64,000 bases of DNA. It comes from Candidatus Azambacteria bacterium. Its GTDB lineage: Bacteria > Patescibacteriota > Minisyncoccia > GWC2-36-17 > WO2-46-25. The stretch spans positions 86-64,085 of the forward strand of contig JACQDT010000021.1 in NCBI GenBank assembly GCA_016200965.1. The letters run 5' to 3'. A program made the position numbers and the translations under genes. The notes under the pieces were generated by a model that did not search any database, was not told the origin of the DNA, and saw only the letters and a list, made by a program, of their open reading frames with translations. Position 1 is the stretch's first letter. Every line of letters starts with the position of its first letter. This document shows positions 17,945 to 28,016 of this stretch, piece after piece.

Positions 17945-18538
17945 TTATTTCCTCCTTTGTATGCGGTATTTGCGATACTCGTTGAGTGGTGGAAGGGAAG
18001 TGAGCACGATGATTCCGATGACGATAAAGACGATGTAGCGATCCATATTCGGTATGGTTCCGCCGAGCCACCAGCCGAGCCATGTGAGTCCGATCGCCCA
18101 TAACGCGCCTCCGATGATGTTGTAGGCGAGAAAAGTATGGTAGCGCATTTTACCGACGCCCGCAAGAAGGGGGGCGAAGGTACGGATGATAGGAATGAAA
18201 CGCGCGAGCACTATCGTTTTGGGACCGTGTTTTTCATAAAACACCTTCGTTTTCACGAGATGATCTTTGTGAAAGAAAAATGAGTCCTCCCGTCTGAAGA
18301 TCTTCGGGCCCGCCATGTAGCCGATGGCGTATCCCACGCTGTCGCCCAGCACCGCCGCGCCAAACGCGAGTCCCATGAGCAGTCCTATATTCAACGTCTG
18401 TTGGGATGCCAAAAAACCGGCAGTAAAGAGCAAGCTGTCGCCGGGAAAGAAAAAACCGAAAAATCCCGACTCGGCAAATATAATGCTGAAAAATCCGATA
18501 TAGCCCGCGGTGGTAATGAGGGAAATGATGTCAAGCAT
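17945..18538 (-). CDS. DedA-family membrane protein
   Basis: FFPGDSLLFTAG and GYAIGY...FIPIIRTF DedA/SNARE-associated motifs. Confidence 0.85.
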   Translation of the reverse strand: MLDIISLITTAGYIGFFSIIFAESGFFGFFFPGDSLLFTAGFLASQQTLNIGLLMGLAFGAAVLGDSVGYAIGYMAGPKIFRREDSFFFHKDHLVKTKVFYEKHGPKTIVLARFIPIIRTFAPLLAGVGKMRYHTFLAYNIIGGALWAIGLTWLGWWLGGTIPNMDRYIVFIVIGIIVLTSLPPLNEYRKYRIQRRK

Positions 18539-19558
18539 CTATCCAGAAGGAAGTTGTTTCTTATAAATATCAAGCAGTGCAAAAAGAAAACTGAGCGCGA
18601 GCGGACCAAGAAGAAAGCCGATGGGGCCGAAAAACGAAAGACCGCCCAGCACCGAGAAAAGAATGAGCAGCGGATGGATTTGTATGCCGCGTTCCATGAG
18701 CTTTGGCGTGAGAAAGTTGTCAATGAGCCCCACTGCCGTTGCGCCCCATGCAAGCAAACCAAGTCCGGAAGGAATGCTCCCAGTAAAGAATAGATAGAGA
18801 ATCGCGGGGATGACTATGATAGCGGTGCCGATAAAAGGGATGAGCGCGGTAACTGCCGCGATCGCCCCCCACAATGCGCCGTTGGGCACTCCAAAGACGT
18901 AAAAACCGATGCTGACCAGCATGCCCTGGATCACGGCGACCACCAGCGAGCCCAATACGACCGAATGCACGGCTTTATTGAGTTTGCCGAATATTTCTCT
19001 GTCGTCCACATCGCGAAGGGGACTTAAGACGGCAAGCGCCGATACGAGTTTTTTCCCGTCTTTCAAGAAATAATAAAAGGCAAGCATGCTCAGTAAAAAT
19101 CCAAAGACCAGCTGGGTGATGCCGGAAAACACCGCTCCAGCGTTGTTTAAAATCCATCCGAGCCCCTGTCGCAAGAATTGATTAAGATCAAGCGTGATGT
19201 TGGCATGGATAAGACGGAGCTTGTCTTGGACATACGCGACGGTGGTATCCAAAAAACCCGTTTCGGTATCCGCAGTGATATTCTAATACATCTGTCCCGC
19301 CTCTTTCGCCACTTGTGTTCCGAAAAATACCAGCGGCACAAATATGATAGTAAGAACAATAAAGACGGTAATAAGCGCCGCGACTGTTTCTGATTTGAAC
19401 ATCCCGAATATTCCCCGATAGAAGGGTTCGAATACGACCGCAAGCGTTCCTGCGATGATAAGAATGCTGAAATAAGGGGAGAGGACGAAGAACATAAGCA
19501 ACAACATCCCCACTAACAGCGCGATAAAAAAGAAGGTCTGTAGTTTTTCGCGATCCAT
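18539..19558 (-). pseudogene. AI-2E family transporter (UPF0118/PerM-like) interrupted by a single in-frame TAG at 19283-19285
   Basis: ORFs 19283-19558 and 18539-19252 share a frame (306 nt apart); hand translation reads ...AKEAGQMY*NITADTETGFLDTTVAY...; combined ~340 aa fits the family. Confidence 0.65.
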
Positions 19559-19602
19559 CGTATTGTGTTATGATATGAAGATAGTAATAATGTAGCATTT
19601 TC

Positions 19603-20847
19603 ATGGCTCAATTGCAATTTCCGGAAGGATTTTTATGGGGGGCCGCAACTTCGTCCCATCAGGTGGAGGGAGGCACCCATAATGACTGGAGCGAATGGGA
19701 GAAGCAAAATGCCAAGCGCTTGGCGCATGAAGCGGAAACAAAATTCGGCCATCTCTCAAATTGGGCTGACATAAAGCAACAGGCGCAGGACCCCGCAAAC
19801 TATGTTTCCGGCCGCGCCTGCGACCACTATAACCGTTTTGAAAAGGACTTTGACATCGCTAAATCGCTTGGCCACAACGCGCACCGTTTTTCCATAGAAT
19901 GGTCGCGCATCGAGCCCCAGGAAGGGAAGTGGGATGAAAAAGAAATTGAGCACTATCGTCAGGTTATTAAAGCGCTCCGTGCCCGCGGCATGGAACCGTT
20001 TGTGACGCTGTGGCATTGGCCATTGCCGTTATGGATTCGTGATATGGGCGGATGGGAAAACAAAAAGACAATAGATTATTTTGTCCGATACGCTGATTTA
20101 ATGACTCGTTCTCTCCTAGAAGTTCGGTTTTGGGTCATTTTGAATGAACCAAATATTTATACCCAATTTAGTTATGTAAAAGGAACGGAACCGCCGGGGA
20201 TAAAAAGTATTACAAAAGGCCTTTGCGTTTATTTTCATCTACTGGGCGCGCATAAACGCGCATACGAAGTCATCAAAAAACAAAATAATCAGCTTCGTGT
20301 CGGCATATGTAATTCGATAATGTGTTTTCAGCCTCGAAGCGGACTTTTCGGTAAGGTTCTTGTACCTATCGCTGATTACTTTTGGAACCATCACTCATTG
20401 AGAAATATACGAACAAAACTTGATTTTCTCGGGTCAAATTACTATTCACGTTTTCTTGTTGGAAAAGGAAGCTCCAACAACCTTCAACGAACAGATTTGG
20501 GGTGGGAAATATTCCCTGAAGGAGCATATGTAACCTTAAAAAGTCTGAAGAAATACAACGTACCAATCTATATTACAGAAAATGGTGTTGCCGATGCTCA
20601 TGATAAGCTTCGCATAAAATTTATTAAAGAGCATCTTTCGGAAGTATTGAGGGCGATACAGGAAGGGGTAGATATACGCGGATACTTTCATTGGTCTTTG
20701 CTCGACAATTTTGAGTTACCGGAAGTGCGCGGCTTCTGGCCGCGGTTCGGGCTGGTGGAGATTGACTATAAAACGCTTGAGCGGAAAATCCGGCCAAGCG
20801 CATTAAAGTATGCGGAGATTATCAAATCAAACGCGATAGATGTTTAA
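19603..20847 (+). CDS. Glycoside hydrolase family 1 (beta-glucosidase/beta-galactosidase)
   Basis: FLWGAATSSHQVEG N-terminus, NEP acid/base and ITENG nucleophile motifs. Confidence 0.88.
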   Translation: MAQLQFPEGFLWGAATSSHQVEGGTHNDWSEWEKQNAKRLAHEAETKFGHLSNWADIKQQAQDPANYVSGRACDHYNRFEKDFDIAKSLGHNAHRFSIEWSRIEPQEGKWDEKEIEHYRQVIKALRARGMEPFVTLWHWPLPLWIRDMGGWENKKTIDYFVRYADLMTRSLLEVRFWVILNEPNIYTQFSYVKGTEPPGIKSITKGLCVYFHLLGAHKRAYEVIKKQNNQLRVGICNSIMCFQPRSGLFGKVLVPIADYFWNHHSLRNIRTKLDFLGSNYYSRFLVGKGSSNNLQRTDLGWEIFPEGAYVTLKSLKKYNVPIYITENGVADAHDKLRIKFIKEHLSEVLRAIQEGVDIRGYFHWSLLDNFELPEVRGFWPRFGLVEIDYKTLERKIRPSALKYAEIIKSNAIDV

Positions 20848-20861
20848 TCATTTTAAAAGAA

Positions 20862-20900
20862 ACATTGTACATTCTCACGCGATAGCGCGAAAACGTACAA
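20862..20900 (+). promoter_or_regulatory. Palindromic motif attgtaca-N-tgtacaat just upstream of the membrane-GH gene; second copy at 33975-34012
   Basis: cattgtacattctcacgcgatagcgcgaaaacgtacaat vs aattgtacatattcacgctatagcgggagaatgtacaat. Confidence 0.5.
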
Positions 20901-20907
20901 TTTGTTT

Positions 20908-22740
20908 ATGAACTGGATTATCGTTTCAGTTATAGCGCAAATTATTCTCGGGACTTCCGCAGTGTTTGACAAGATGCTTTTGAAAAAGGGTGTGTTCGAC
21001 CCGCTGGTGTATACGTTTTGGCTGGGGATATTGGATCTTCTCGCGCTGGCGCTTGTGCCGTTCGGCTTTCACGGCATTCCATTTTTAGTGGGAATGGAAG
21101 CGTTTGTGGGCGGCATAGTGTTCATATGCGCCATGTTCTATCTGTTCGCATCTTTGCATAAAAGCGAGGCGTCCAAGTCCCTCCTTTTTATCGGCGCGCT
21201 CACGCCGCTCACCACGTTGTTCGCGGGATACGTCTGGCTTGAAACGCAGATCAGCATTGCCGATTACATAGGGTTCTTTTTTCTGGTTATCGGGGGGATC
21301 ATTCTCTTTTTTGTGGAAGAAAAACATTTGCGCTTGCGCGTGGGATTTTTGGCGCTCGCAAGCGCGATATTTTTTGCTATTTCCAATGTGCTGACAAAAA
21401 GCGCATTTGATCAGGCCTCGTTCGTGACGGGATTTTTTTGGGTGAAAATGGGCGGCGTGGCGTGCGCGCTTGCGTTTCTCGCGTTTCCGGCTTGGCGTGC
21501 GCGGATTTTTTCTTCTTCGCGCAAAAAAGACACGCAGGAGCATCATGCGCCGTATGTGCTTAATCGCGTATACGCCGCCACAGGGTCTTTGCTCGTGAGC
21601 GTTGCTATTTTTCTTGCGCATCCGGCGCTTGTGGAGGCGATGCAGGGGCTGAAATACGTTGTTATTTTTCTCGCGTCATGGTTTTTTCTTCATGAGCATT
21701 TTCGCGGAAAGGTATTGGCGGGAAAACTTGCCGCGATGTGCGCGGTGGGAGCAGGACTCACATGGCTTGCGGTTGCCAGTTATGCCGGGAATATTCCGGT
21801 GGACGCGAATCGTTACATTACATGGGGCGTAACGTTTTCCCAGAAGGCAAGCAGGGGATTGGGACTGGACTGGCATGAGAATTTCAGAGCGATTACGAAT
21901 GATCTTCGCGCGCGTAATATCCGGCTTGCCATGTATTGGGATGAAACGGAAAAAACAAGGGGCACGTATGATTTTACCGACACGGATTGGCTTTTGGACG
22001 AGTCCGCGCGCGCTCACGCAAAAATAACTCTTGCAATAGGGATGAAAGCGCCTCGCTGGCCGGAATGCCACATTCCTGACTGGGCCCGCGATTTTACTGC
22101 CCAAGAAAGAGAAAGTGCGCTTTTAGGGTATCTTAAAGCCATTGTGGAGCGTTACCGGAGCAATTCCGTGATCGCGCTGTGGCAGGTGGAAAACGAACCG
22201 TATCTTGCGTTTGGAGAATGTCCGCACAGAGGGGAGCAGTTTCTTGAAAACGAAATCGCGCTGGTCAAATCGCTTGACCCGTCGCGCCCCGTGCTTACTA
22301 CGGACGGGGGAGAATTCGGCAGGTGGTACAAAGCAGCGCGGCAAGGCGATATGTTCGGAACGACGATGTATCGGAAAGTATATCCGCGCGTCATCGGGCC
22401 AACGTTCGGGGCGATAGAATATCCGCTTGCACCGAGCTATTTCAAGCTGAAGGAAAAAATCGTCAGGCGTGTTATTGGGGACGATACAAAGCCATTTCTG
22501 GTGATAGAATTGCAGGGAGAACCATGGGGAGACAAGCCGATTCAAGAAATGTCGGACGAAGAAGTGCGGGAAAACTTCAGTCCCGAATATTTTAAAGATG
22601 TCATCCGTTACGCGAAAGAAACCGGATTTTCCGAATATTATCTTTGGGGGTCGGAATGGTGGTACTGGCAAAAAATATACGGAGACCCGCGATATTGGGA
22701 TATCGTAAGGAATCTCAGCTCAAATCGTCTTGAGCCATGA
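20908..22740 (+). CDS. Fusion protein: N-terminal multi-TM (EamA/DMT-like) domain plus C-terminal GH5/GH113-like glycoside hydrolase
   Basis: ~8-10 TM helices in the first ~290 aa; C-terminal domain with LWQVENEPY (GH5-type NEP acid/base) and a TIM-barrel-like layout. Confidence 0.7.
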   Translation: MNWIIVSVIAQIILGTSAVFDKMLLKKGVFDPLVYTFWLGILDLLALALVPFGFHGIPFLVGMEAFVGGIVFICAMFYLFASLHKSEASKSLLFIGALTPLTTLFAGYVWLETQISIADYIGFFFLVIGGIILFFVEEKHLRLRVGFLALASAIFFAISNVLTKSAFDQASFVTGFFWVKMGGVACALAFLAFPAWRARIFSSSRKKDTQEHHAPYVLNRVYAATGSLLVSVAIFLAHPALVEAMQGLKYVVIFLASWFFLHEHFRGKVLAGKLAAMCAVGAGLTWLAVASYAGNIPVDANRYITWGVTFSQKASRGLGLDWHENFRAITNDLRARNIRLAMYWDETEKTRGTYDFTDTDWLLDESARAHAKITLAIGMKAPRWPECHIPDWARDFTAQERESALLGYLKAIVERYRSNSVIALWQVENEPYLAFGECPHRGEQFLENEIALVKSLDPSRPVLTTDGGEFGRWYKAARQGDMFGTTMYRKVYPRVIGPTFGAIEYPLAPSYFKLKEKIVRRVIGDDTKPFLVIELQGEPWGDKPIQEMSDEEVRENFSPEYFKDVIRYAKETGFSEYYLWGSEWWYWQKIYGDPRYWDIVRNLSSNRLEP

Positions 22741-23487
22741 CGCAATAATTTCTTTTGTTTCTTTCGGGCCAGAAACAGCTATGGTCTCGACACCCGCTTC
22801 TTTGACAGGGTAATCATTTCCTCCACCATAGAGTGCATCTCCCACAAAAATCATATCAGATACGCTTATGCTGAGGAGTTTTTCCATTTGGCGAATCCCA
22901 TACGCTTTATTGATTCCCTTTTTAGTGACGTCGATGGATGTAAGGCCTGGAATTTGTATTTGGAACTCGGGAAGATATTTTTTGAGTGCCTCCACTATTT
23001 CTCGCCGCCGGTCATCTTGAGATCCCCGCCACCGCTTTTTCGCTTCAAGCGGCGCTTCTTGACCGAGCGCGGAAAACGTTACTTGCGTACCGCGATCTTC
23101 TACGACTTCGCCATAGAGTTTTAAAGGATGCTGATAATGAATATCTTTGAATGCGCAATCAAAAGCGGTTTTTATCTTTTTACGTTCCGCCGATGCCAAC
23201 ATATCGGCATACACCTCTTTCCAGCCATTATCGTAGCGATAAAACCTCGTCGCGCTTGTGGGGAACAAAAAAAGCCGGGAAAGCCGTTCGGGCGGATAAT
23301 CAATCCGGTTCAGGAATTGCTCCTTGAACCTGTCAAATCCGCCGCCCGAAATGACCGCCACCATCCGTTTTGACAGCAATCGTTCCAAGAGCGATGCCAT
23401 CTCGGAGTCCATGTCCGTTTTACTTTCAGTGAGCGTGCCGTCGAGATCAAATATGACCAGCTTCGCTTTTTTTATGTCGGTGGACAT
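22720..23487 (-). CDS. HAD-IIB family phosphatase (Cof / mannosyl-3-phosphoglycerate-phosphatase-like)
   Basis: N-terminal FDLDGTL motif I and C-terminal GDALYGGGNDYP motif IV. Confidence 0.7.
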   Translation of the reverse strand: MSTDIKKAKLVIFDLDGTLTESKTDMDSEMASLLERLLSKRMVAVISGGGFDRFKEQFLNRIDYPPERLSRLFLFPTSATRFYRYDNGWKEVYADMLASAERKKIKTAFDCAFKDIHYQHPLKLYGEVVEDRGTQVTFSALGQEAPLEAKKRWRGSQDDRRREIVEALKKYLPEFQIQIPGLTSIDVTKKGINKAYGIRQMEKLLSISVSDMIFVGDALYGGGNDYPVKEAGVETIAVSGPKETKEIIASWLKTI

Positions 23488-23493
23488 TTTGGT

Positions 23494-25314
23494 CTACACT
23501 TCAATGACCACAGGCAATACCATCGGATGACGGTGTGTTTTGTGGTAGAGGAATTCGCCGACCTCTTCTCTGATGTTGTCTTTGATGTAGGTCCAGTTGA
23601 TCTCGCCCGGCGCATGATTGCCCGCGCTTTGTTCCACTATCCGTTTCACTAACCGCCGTACTTCCATCAGCAGTTCTTTTGATTCCCGCATGTAGATGAA
23701 GCCGCGGGAAATGAGGTCGGGATTGCCCATGACCCTTTTGGTGCGGTTGTCGAACGTCGCGATGACGACGAACATCCCGTCTTTTGCCATCATCTGCCGG
23801 TCGCGCAGTACTACATCGCCCACATCGCCCACACCAAGACCGTCTACGAACACGTAGTCGGACGGCACTTTTTCTTTTGTCCGCACGCATATTCCTCCCT
23901 TGCATTGGATCACCTGCCCGTTGTCGGCAACCAGGATCTTGTCATCGGCATAGCCTGCTCGCGTGGCGATTTTTCCATGGATGCGCAGGAACGAGTGATT
24001 GCCCTCTATCGGCATGAAATAGCGCGGTTTGACGATCTCGATCATTTTTTTAAGGTCTTCTTGTTTTGCGTGGCCGCCGGCATGAATGTCCATCATGCGA
24101 TAGTTGATCACGTCAACGCCTTCGCGGTACAGTTTGTCGGTGAGACGCTGGACCGTGCGCTCGTTGCCCGGAATGACCGAAGATGAGAACACGAATGTGT
24201 CTCCCGGCTCCACTTCAATGAAGCGATGCTCGCGGTTTGCGATGCGCATAAGCACGGCGCGCTCTTCTCCTTGGGCGCCGGTCGCCAGAATCATGATTTC
24301 ATGATTGCGGTAGCTTTTCATCTCTTCAACGGGAATGATGGTCCCTTTGGGGACGGTGATGTATCCGAGCTCTTTGGCAATCTCCACATTGTTTTTCATG
24401 CTCCTCCCTTCAATGATCAGTTTTTTCTTGTATTTTGCGGCAAGCTGGATGATTTCGTTCAGGCGGCCCAAAAGGGATGCGAAGGTTCCGAAAATAAGCC
24501 GTCCCTTCGCGTTTTTCACGATATCTTCAAGCTCGGTCATGATGTCTATTTCGCTGTGTTGTTTGCCGATTTCGCGCGCGTTCGTGCTGTCCGACATTAA
24601 AAGCAGTGGGTTGTGCTTGCCGATGCGCTCAAGCTTGTCCAATTCGGTCACGCCCGCGATATTGGAACGTTCGTCGATCTTGAAGTCGCCGGTGTGCACG
24701 AGGATGCCTTCGGGCGTATGCACGATCACCCCGACCGAGCCGGGGATATTGTGGCTGACGCCGAAGAACTCCACTTTGAATATGCCCAATTCCAATTTCG
24801 TATCATTGGTTATCTGATGGAGTTCAAGCCGCGATGAGATCTCTTTGAAGTCCTCCTGGCGCCTTTTGATGATCGCGAGCGTCAGATCCGTGCCGTACAA
24901 CGGCGGATTGGCCAAACGGGGGATGAGGTGCGGTATGGCGCCGATGTGGTCATAGTGGGCGTGCGTGATGATGACGCCCAGCACATTGCGTTCTTTGCCT
25001 TTGAAGTATTCAATGTTCGGGATGATATAATCAACTCCCGGCATATCTTCTTCGGGGAACTGCAGGCCCATGTCAATGATGAGTATGTTGTCCCCATACT
25101 CTATTGCCACCATATTTCTTCCGACCTCTTCAAGGCCCCCGATGGGTATCACGCGTAGGGCGTTTTTATCAAACACTGCCGGTACCGACGGCGTCGTTTC
25201 GCGGGACGGACGCGAAAAATGCCCCCCATGCGGCCGTTCCGTGCCGCGCTGGTGAGATGGCCGGGAAGCGGAAACTCTCCGTCTCCCGGGTTGTGTGTCA
25301 TGTTCTTTCTTCAT
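23494..25314 (-). CDS. rnj: Ribonuclease J (beta-CASP metallo-beta-lactamase)
   Basis: IPIGGLEEVGRNM N-terminus, HAHYDHIG, beta-CASP and C-terminal domain; basic N-terminal extension; start taken at MKKEHD. Confidence 0.88.
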   Translation of the reverse strand: MKKEHDTQPGRRRVSASRPSHQRGTERPHGGHFSRPSRETTPSVPAVFDKNALRVIPIGGLEEVGRNMVAIEYGDNILIIDMGLQFPEEDMPGVDYIIPNIEYFKGKERNVLGVIITHAHYDHIGAIPHLIPRLANPPLYGTDLTLAIIKRRQEDFKEISSRLELHQITNDTKLELGIFKVEFFGVSHNIPGSVGVIVHTPEGILVHTGDFKIDERSNIAGVTELDKLERIGKHNPLLLMSDSTNAREIGKQHSEIDIMTELEDIVKNAKGRLIFGTFASLLGRLNEIIQLAAKYKKKLIIEGRSMKNNVEIAKELGYITVPKGTIIPVEEMKSYRNHEIMILATGAQGEERAVLMRIANREHRFIEVEPGDTFVFSSSVIPGNERTVQRLTDKLYREGVDVINYRMMDIHAGGHAKQEDLKKMIEIVKPRYFMPIEGNHSFLRIHGKIATRAGYADDKILVADNGQVIQCKGGICVRTKEKVPSDYVFVDGLGVGDVGDVVLRDRQMMAKDGMFVVIATFDNRTKRVMGNPDLISRGFIYMRESKELLMEVRRLVKRIVEQSAGNHAPGEINWTYIKDNIREEVGEFLYHKTHRHPMVLPVVIEV

Positions 25315-25394
25315 ATATATGAGTTGTATAGCGCGTCTTGTAATATAGGCAAAACAATGCGCGCTTTTTATTAATAATAAATGTAGAAAGATGT

Positions 25395-25479
25395 GTGCTC
25401 GGGGGGAGACTTGAACTCCCACGACCTTGCGGTCATAGCGCCCTGAACGCTACGTGTCTGCCAATTTCACCACCCGAGC
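25395..25479 (-). tRNA. tRNA-Leu (anticodon CAG), long variable arm
   Basis: Hand fold: acceptor gctcggg/cccgagc, anticodon stem tagcg/cgcta with loop ttCAGgg, variable hairpin gaccgcaaggtc, T arm gggag-ttcaagt-ctccc. Confidence 0.75.
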
Positions 25480-25484
25480 GAATA

Positions 25485-27260
25485 TTATTGTGCTGTTTTT
25501 TCAATCCGCTTTGTCGCGATATACCATTTTTCCATACCGGCGAACCTTCTTGCGGGCACGTTGACCGTGGTTGCGGAGACCTGTTTCACGTCTTTATCCA
25601 TTGCGTACAAAAAGGAGGGCGAGAATAGGAAGACCGCTGGAACCTCATCGGCCATAATTTCCTGCAGTTTTTTCAAACTGTTTTCGCGTTCTTTCGGATC
25701 CAACGATTCGCGGATATTTTCCAACAGGCGGTCAACCTCTTTATTATCGTACAACGACAAGTTCAATCCGGGGTCTTTCTTTTGGGAAGAATGCCAGAAC
25801 AGATACGGGTCGGGATACAAGGTAAGCGCCTCGCCAAAAAGAAGCGCATCGTATTTTCTCGGTTTGATAACCCGTCGTTTAAGTTCATCGGTGTCATAGT
25901 TCTCAAGATGTATCCGCGCGCCGACCTGTTCCCATTGTGTTTTCAACAGCTCTCCTATACGGATCAGATCAGGGGAGTCGGAAGTGACCAAGGTGATCTC
26001 AAGCGGCGTCGGCTCTTTGTCGCTTCCGATCGTTTTTTCGAGAACGCCATCGCCGTTTTTATCTTTCCATCCCGCGTCTTCAAGGATCGAACTGGCGCGT
26101 TCCTGCAAAGATTCGTTCTGCGCGGCGATAGGTTGATATCCCGTCATCCAGGGCAACAAAGGAGAATCGGTGATCGTCCCGTTTCCCGAAAACACCTCGC
26201 TCATAATTTCTTCTTTGTGCGTGGCGGCTTCAAACGCTTTCCTTACGTTTTTATCCGTAAGCGGTTTCGCGCGGCTTTGGTTGAAAAATACCGCGAAATA
26301 CTTCGGTATATGAAGAGCGTATATGACACTGCCTCTTTTTTCCGCTTCCGTTTTACGCGCCGGCGTAATGTTCGCCAACCCCATCACCTCGCCGTTTTTA
26401 TACGCATGAAGCGCTTCATCTTCATACGCGAAAAAAGAAAAGGTGACCGTCTTTATATACGGCGTTCCGTCCCAGAAACGGTCATGGGCGACAAGCGAAT
26501 ATGAAACCATGTTGCCGAGCTTATCTTTTGTGAATTTACTGAAGCGATACGGACCGGTGCCGATCGGCTTCAAATTCGCGTCGGCGAGATTCGCGTTTAC
26601 GGGCGCAACCTCCTCCCATATGTGTTTCGGAATGATGCCGACGGTGGTCCGTTCGAGAAACTGCGAATATGGTTTCGGCAAAATGATTTTCACCGCATCC
26701 TCGTCGACTTTTTGCGCGCTCACGCCTTGCCAGCTTGCGCGCAGGGGGCTTCCGTATTCGGGATTGGTGATCGCCGAAATGGTGAATAACACGTCATCGG
26801 CGGTAAACGTTTTGCCGTCATGCCACTGGACGTTTTTTCTCAGATAAAAAGTATATTCCTTGCCGTCGCCCGATATGTCGTAGCGCTCCGCGAGATCCGG
26901 AACCAGATTTCCCTCGGGATCATATCTCATAAGCCCCGAGTAGACGAGCGCAACGATGTCGCGATCGGCGTCGTTGATGCCGGCAAGAATCGGATTGATG
27001 AATTTCGGTTCTCCCACGAGCGCCTCCGTGTACGTTCCGCCGTAGGCGGGAACGGCAACCGTTCTTTCAAAATACACCGCGAGCCGCCACGCAAAAGCAA
27101 ACCCGATCGCGCACACAATGAGAGCGGTAATGACCAATCGCTCTTTTTGCGTGAGAATGCTCGGCAACCGCCTCCACTGCGGCCAGGAAGGCCAATTTAA
27201 TTTTTTCAGAAACGTACTAATTATAGTAGAGGTAAGTAAACTAAAAAAAGAGTCGTGCAA
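25485..27260 (-). CDS. ABC transporter substrate-binding protein, family 5 (oligopeptide/dipeptide-binding-like)
   Basis: N-terminal TM/signal, SBP_bac_5-type layout, 591 aa. Confidence 0.8.
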   Translation of the reverse strand: MHDSFFSLLTSTIISTFLKKLNWPSWPQWRRLPSILTQKERLVITALIVCAIGFAFAWRLAVYFERTVAVPAYGGTYTEALVGEPKFINPILAGINDADRDIVALVYSGLMRYDPEGNLVPDLAERYDISGDGKEYTFYLRKNVQWHDGKTFTADDVLFTISAITNPEYGSPLRASWQGVSAQKVDEDAVKIILPKPYSQFLERTTVGIIPKHIWEEVAPVNANLADANLKPIGTGPYRFSKFTKDKLGNMVSYSLVAHDRFWDGTPYIKTVTFSFFAYEDEALHAYKNGEVMGLANITPARKTEAEKRGSVIYALHIPKYFAVFFNQSRAKPLTDKNVRKAFEAATHKEEIMSEVFSGNGTITDSPLLPWMTGYQPIAAQNESLQERASSILEDAGWKDKNGDGVLEKTIGSDKEPTPLEITLVTSDSPDLIRIGELLKTQWEQVGARIHLENYDTDELKRRVIKPRKYDALLFGEALTLYPDPYLFWHSSQKKDPGLNLSLYDNKEVDRLLENIRESLDPKERENSLKKLQEIMADEVPAVFLFSPSFLYAMDKDVKQVSATTVNVPARRFAGMEKWYIATKRIEKTAQ

Positions 27261-27453
27261 ACGCCGTGCCGACGAAAAGAACCGAAAGCACGATGGTCGC
27301 GATGAAGATCATTTTTTCTGCGCCCCGTTTCGCGTAATATACGTTCCCTTCACCGCCAAGCGTCGCAGACAGCCCCGCGCCGCGCTGTTGGAGCAGTACG
27401 GTAATGATCAATAATACGGAAACGACGATTAAAACCACATTAAGCCAAAACAT
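27241..27453 (-). CDS. secG: Preprotein translocase subunit SecG
   Basis: 70 aa, two TMs, LLQQRGAGLSATLGG signature. Confidence 0.7.
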   Translation of the reverse strand: MFWLNVVLIVVSVLLIITVLLQQRGAGLSATLGGEGNVYYAKRGAEKMIFIATIVLSVLFVGTAFARLFF

Positions 27454-27468
27454 AAAAAAAACAGCGCC

Positions 27469-27810
27469 TTATTTTTTCACGAGTATATGAACCGCGAAGT
27501 TTACCGCGCTGACAAGCAGGGTCGCGAGAAATAACGCCCCCATCCCCGCGATATCCAATTGCGAAAGGAATATGTCCGTTATCCACAATACCCCCATATT
27601 GATGATCACAATAAAAAGACCGAAGGTGAGCAAAATAAGAGGGCCGAATACCAGTTTCAGAACCGGTTTCAAAAGAAAATTGACCGCGGAAAACACCAAT
27701 CCTACCGTCACGATGCCCCGCAGGCCGCCTTCCAGGGTAACCCCTTCAATGTAATACGAGGCGAGAAATAACGCAAGAATATTCGCCGCAATTAAGAGGA
27801 TGAGCCTCAT
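27469..27810 (-). CDS. DUF360 / YvlD-like 4-TM membrane protein (phage-holin-4-like superfamily)
   Basis: 113 aa, four TMs, LKPVLKLVFGPLILLTFGLF pattern typical of the family. Confidence 0.6.
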   Translation of the reverse strand: MRLILLIAANILALFLASYYIEGVTLEGGLRGIVTVGLVFSAVNFLLKPVLKLVFGPLILLTFGLFIVIINMGVLWITDIFLSQLDIAGMGALFLATLLVSAVNFAVHILVKK

Positions 27811-27870
27811 TGCCGTTCATTCTATCATCGTTGCGCTTTACTGTCAACATTGTATATACTGAAAAACATG

Positions 27871-28016
27871 CCCAGTAATACAACCTCGACTGGGCACGCC
27901 GTTCGATGAAACGTTTCATCCGCAATGGTTATTCGCACCACAGACGAACCAACGCAGGTCATGTTTATCTAACGGCGCACCCTGACGTTTCATTAAGTCG
28001 AGGTTGATATACTGGG
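27871..28016 (+). promoter_or_regulatory. Structured leader upstream of tmk: 20-nt long-range inverted repeat with alternative local pairings
   Basis: cccagtaatacaacctcgac (27871-27890) vs gtcgaggttgatatactggg (27997-28016); local hairpin cccagt/actggg; palindrome gatgaaacgtttcatc. Confidence 0.45.

Noticed and set aside
17658-18101. 147-aa ORF overlapping dedA
   Set aside because: Its 5' third overlaps the conserved DedA gene. Only the non-overlapping 95-aa part is kept, as a low-confidence hypothetical.
22741-23487. Prophage or mobile-element island around the holin-like gene 27469-27810
   Set aside because: The DUF360/holin-4-like protein is a common standalone membrane protein. No integrase, capsid or terminase genes are nearby.
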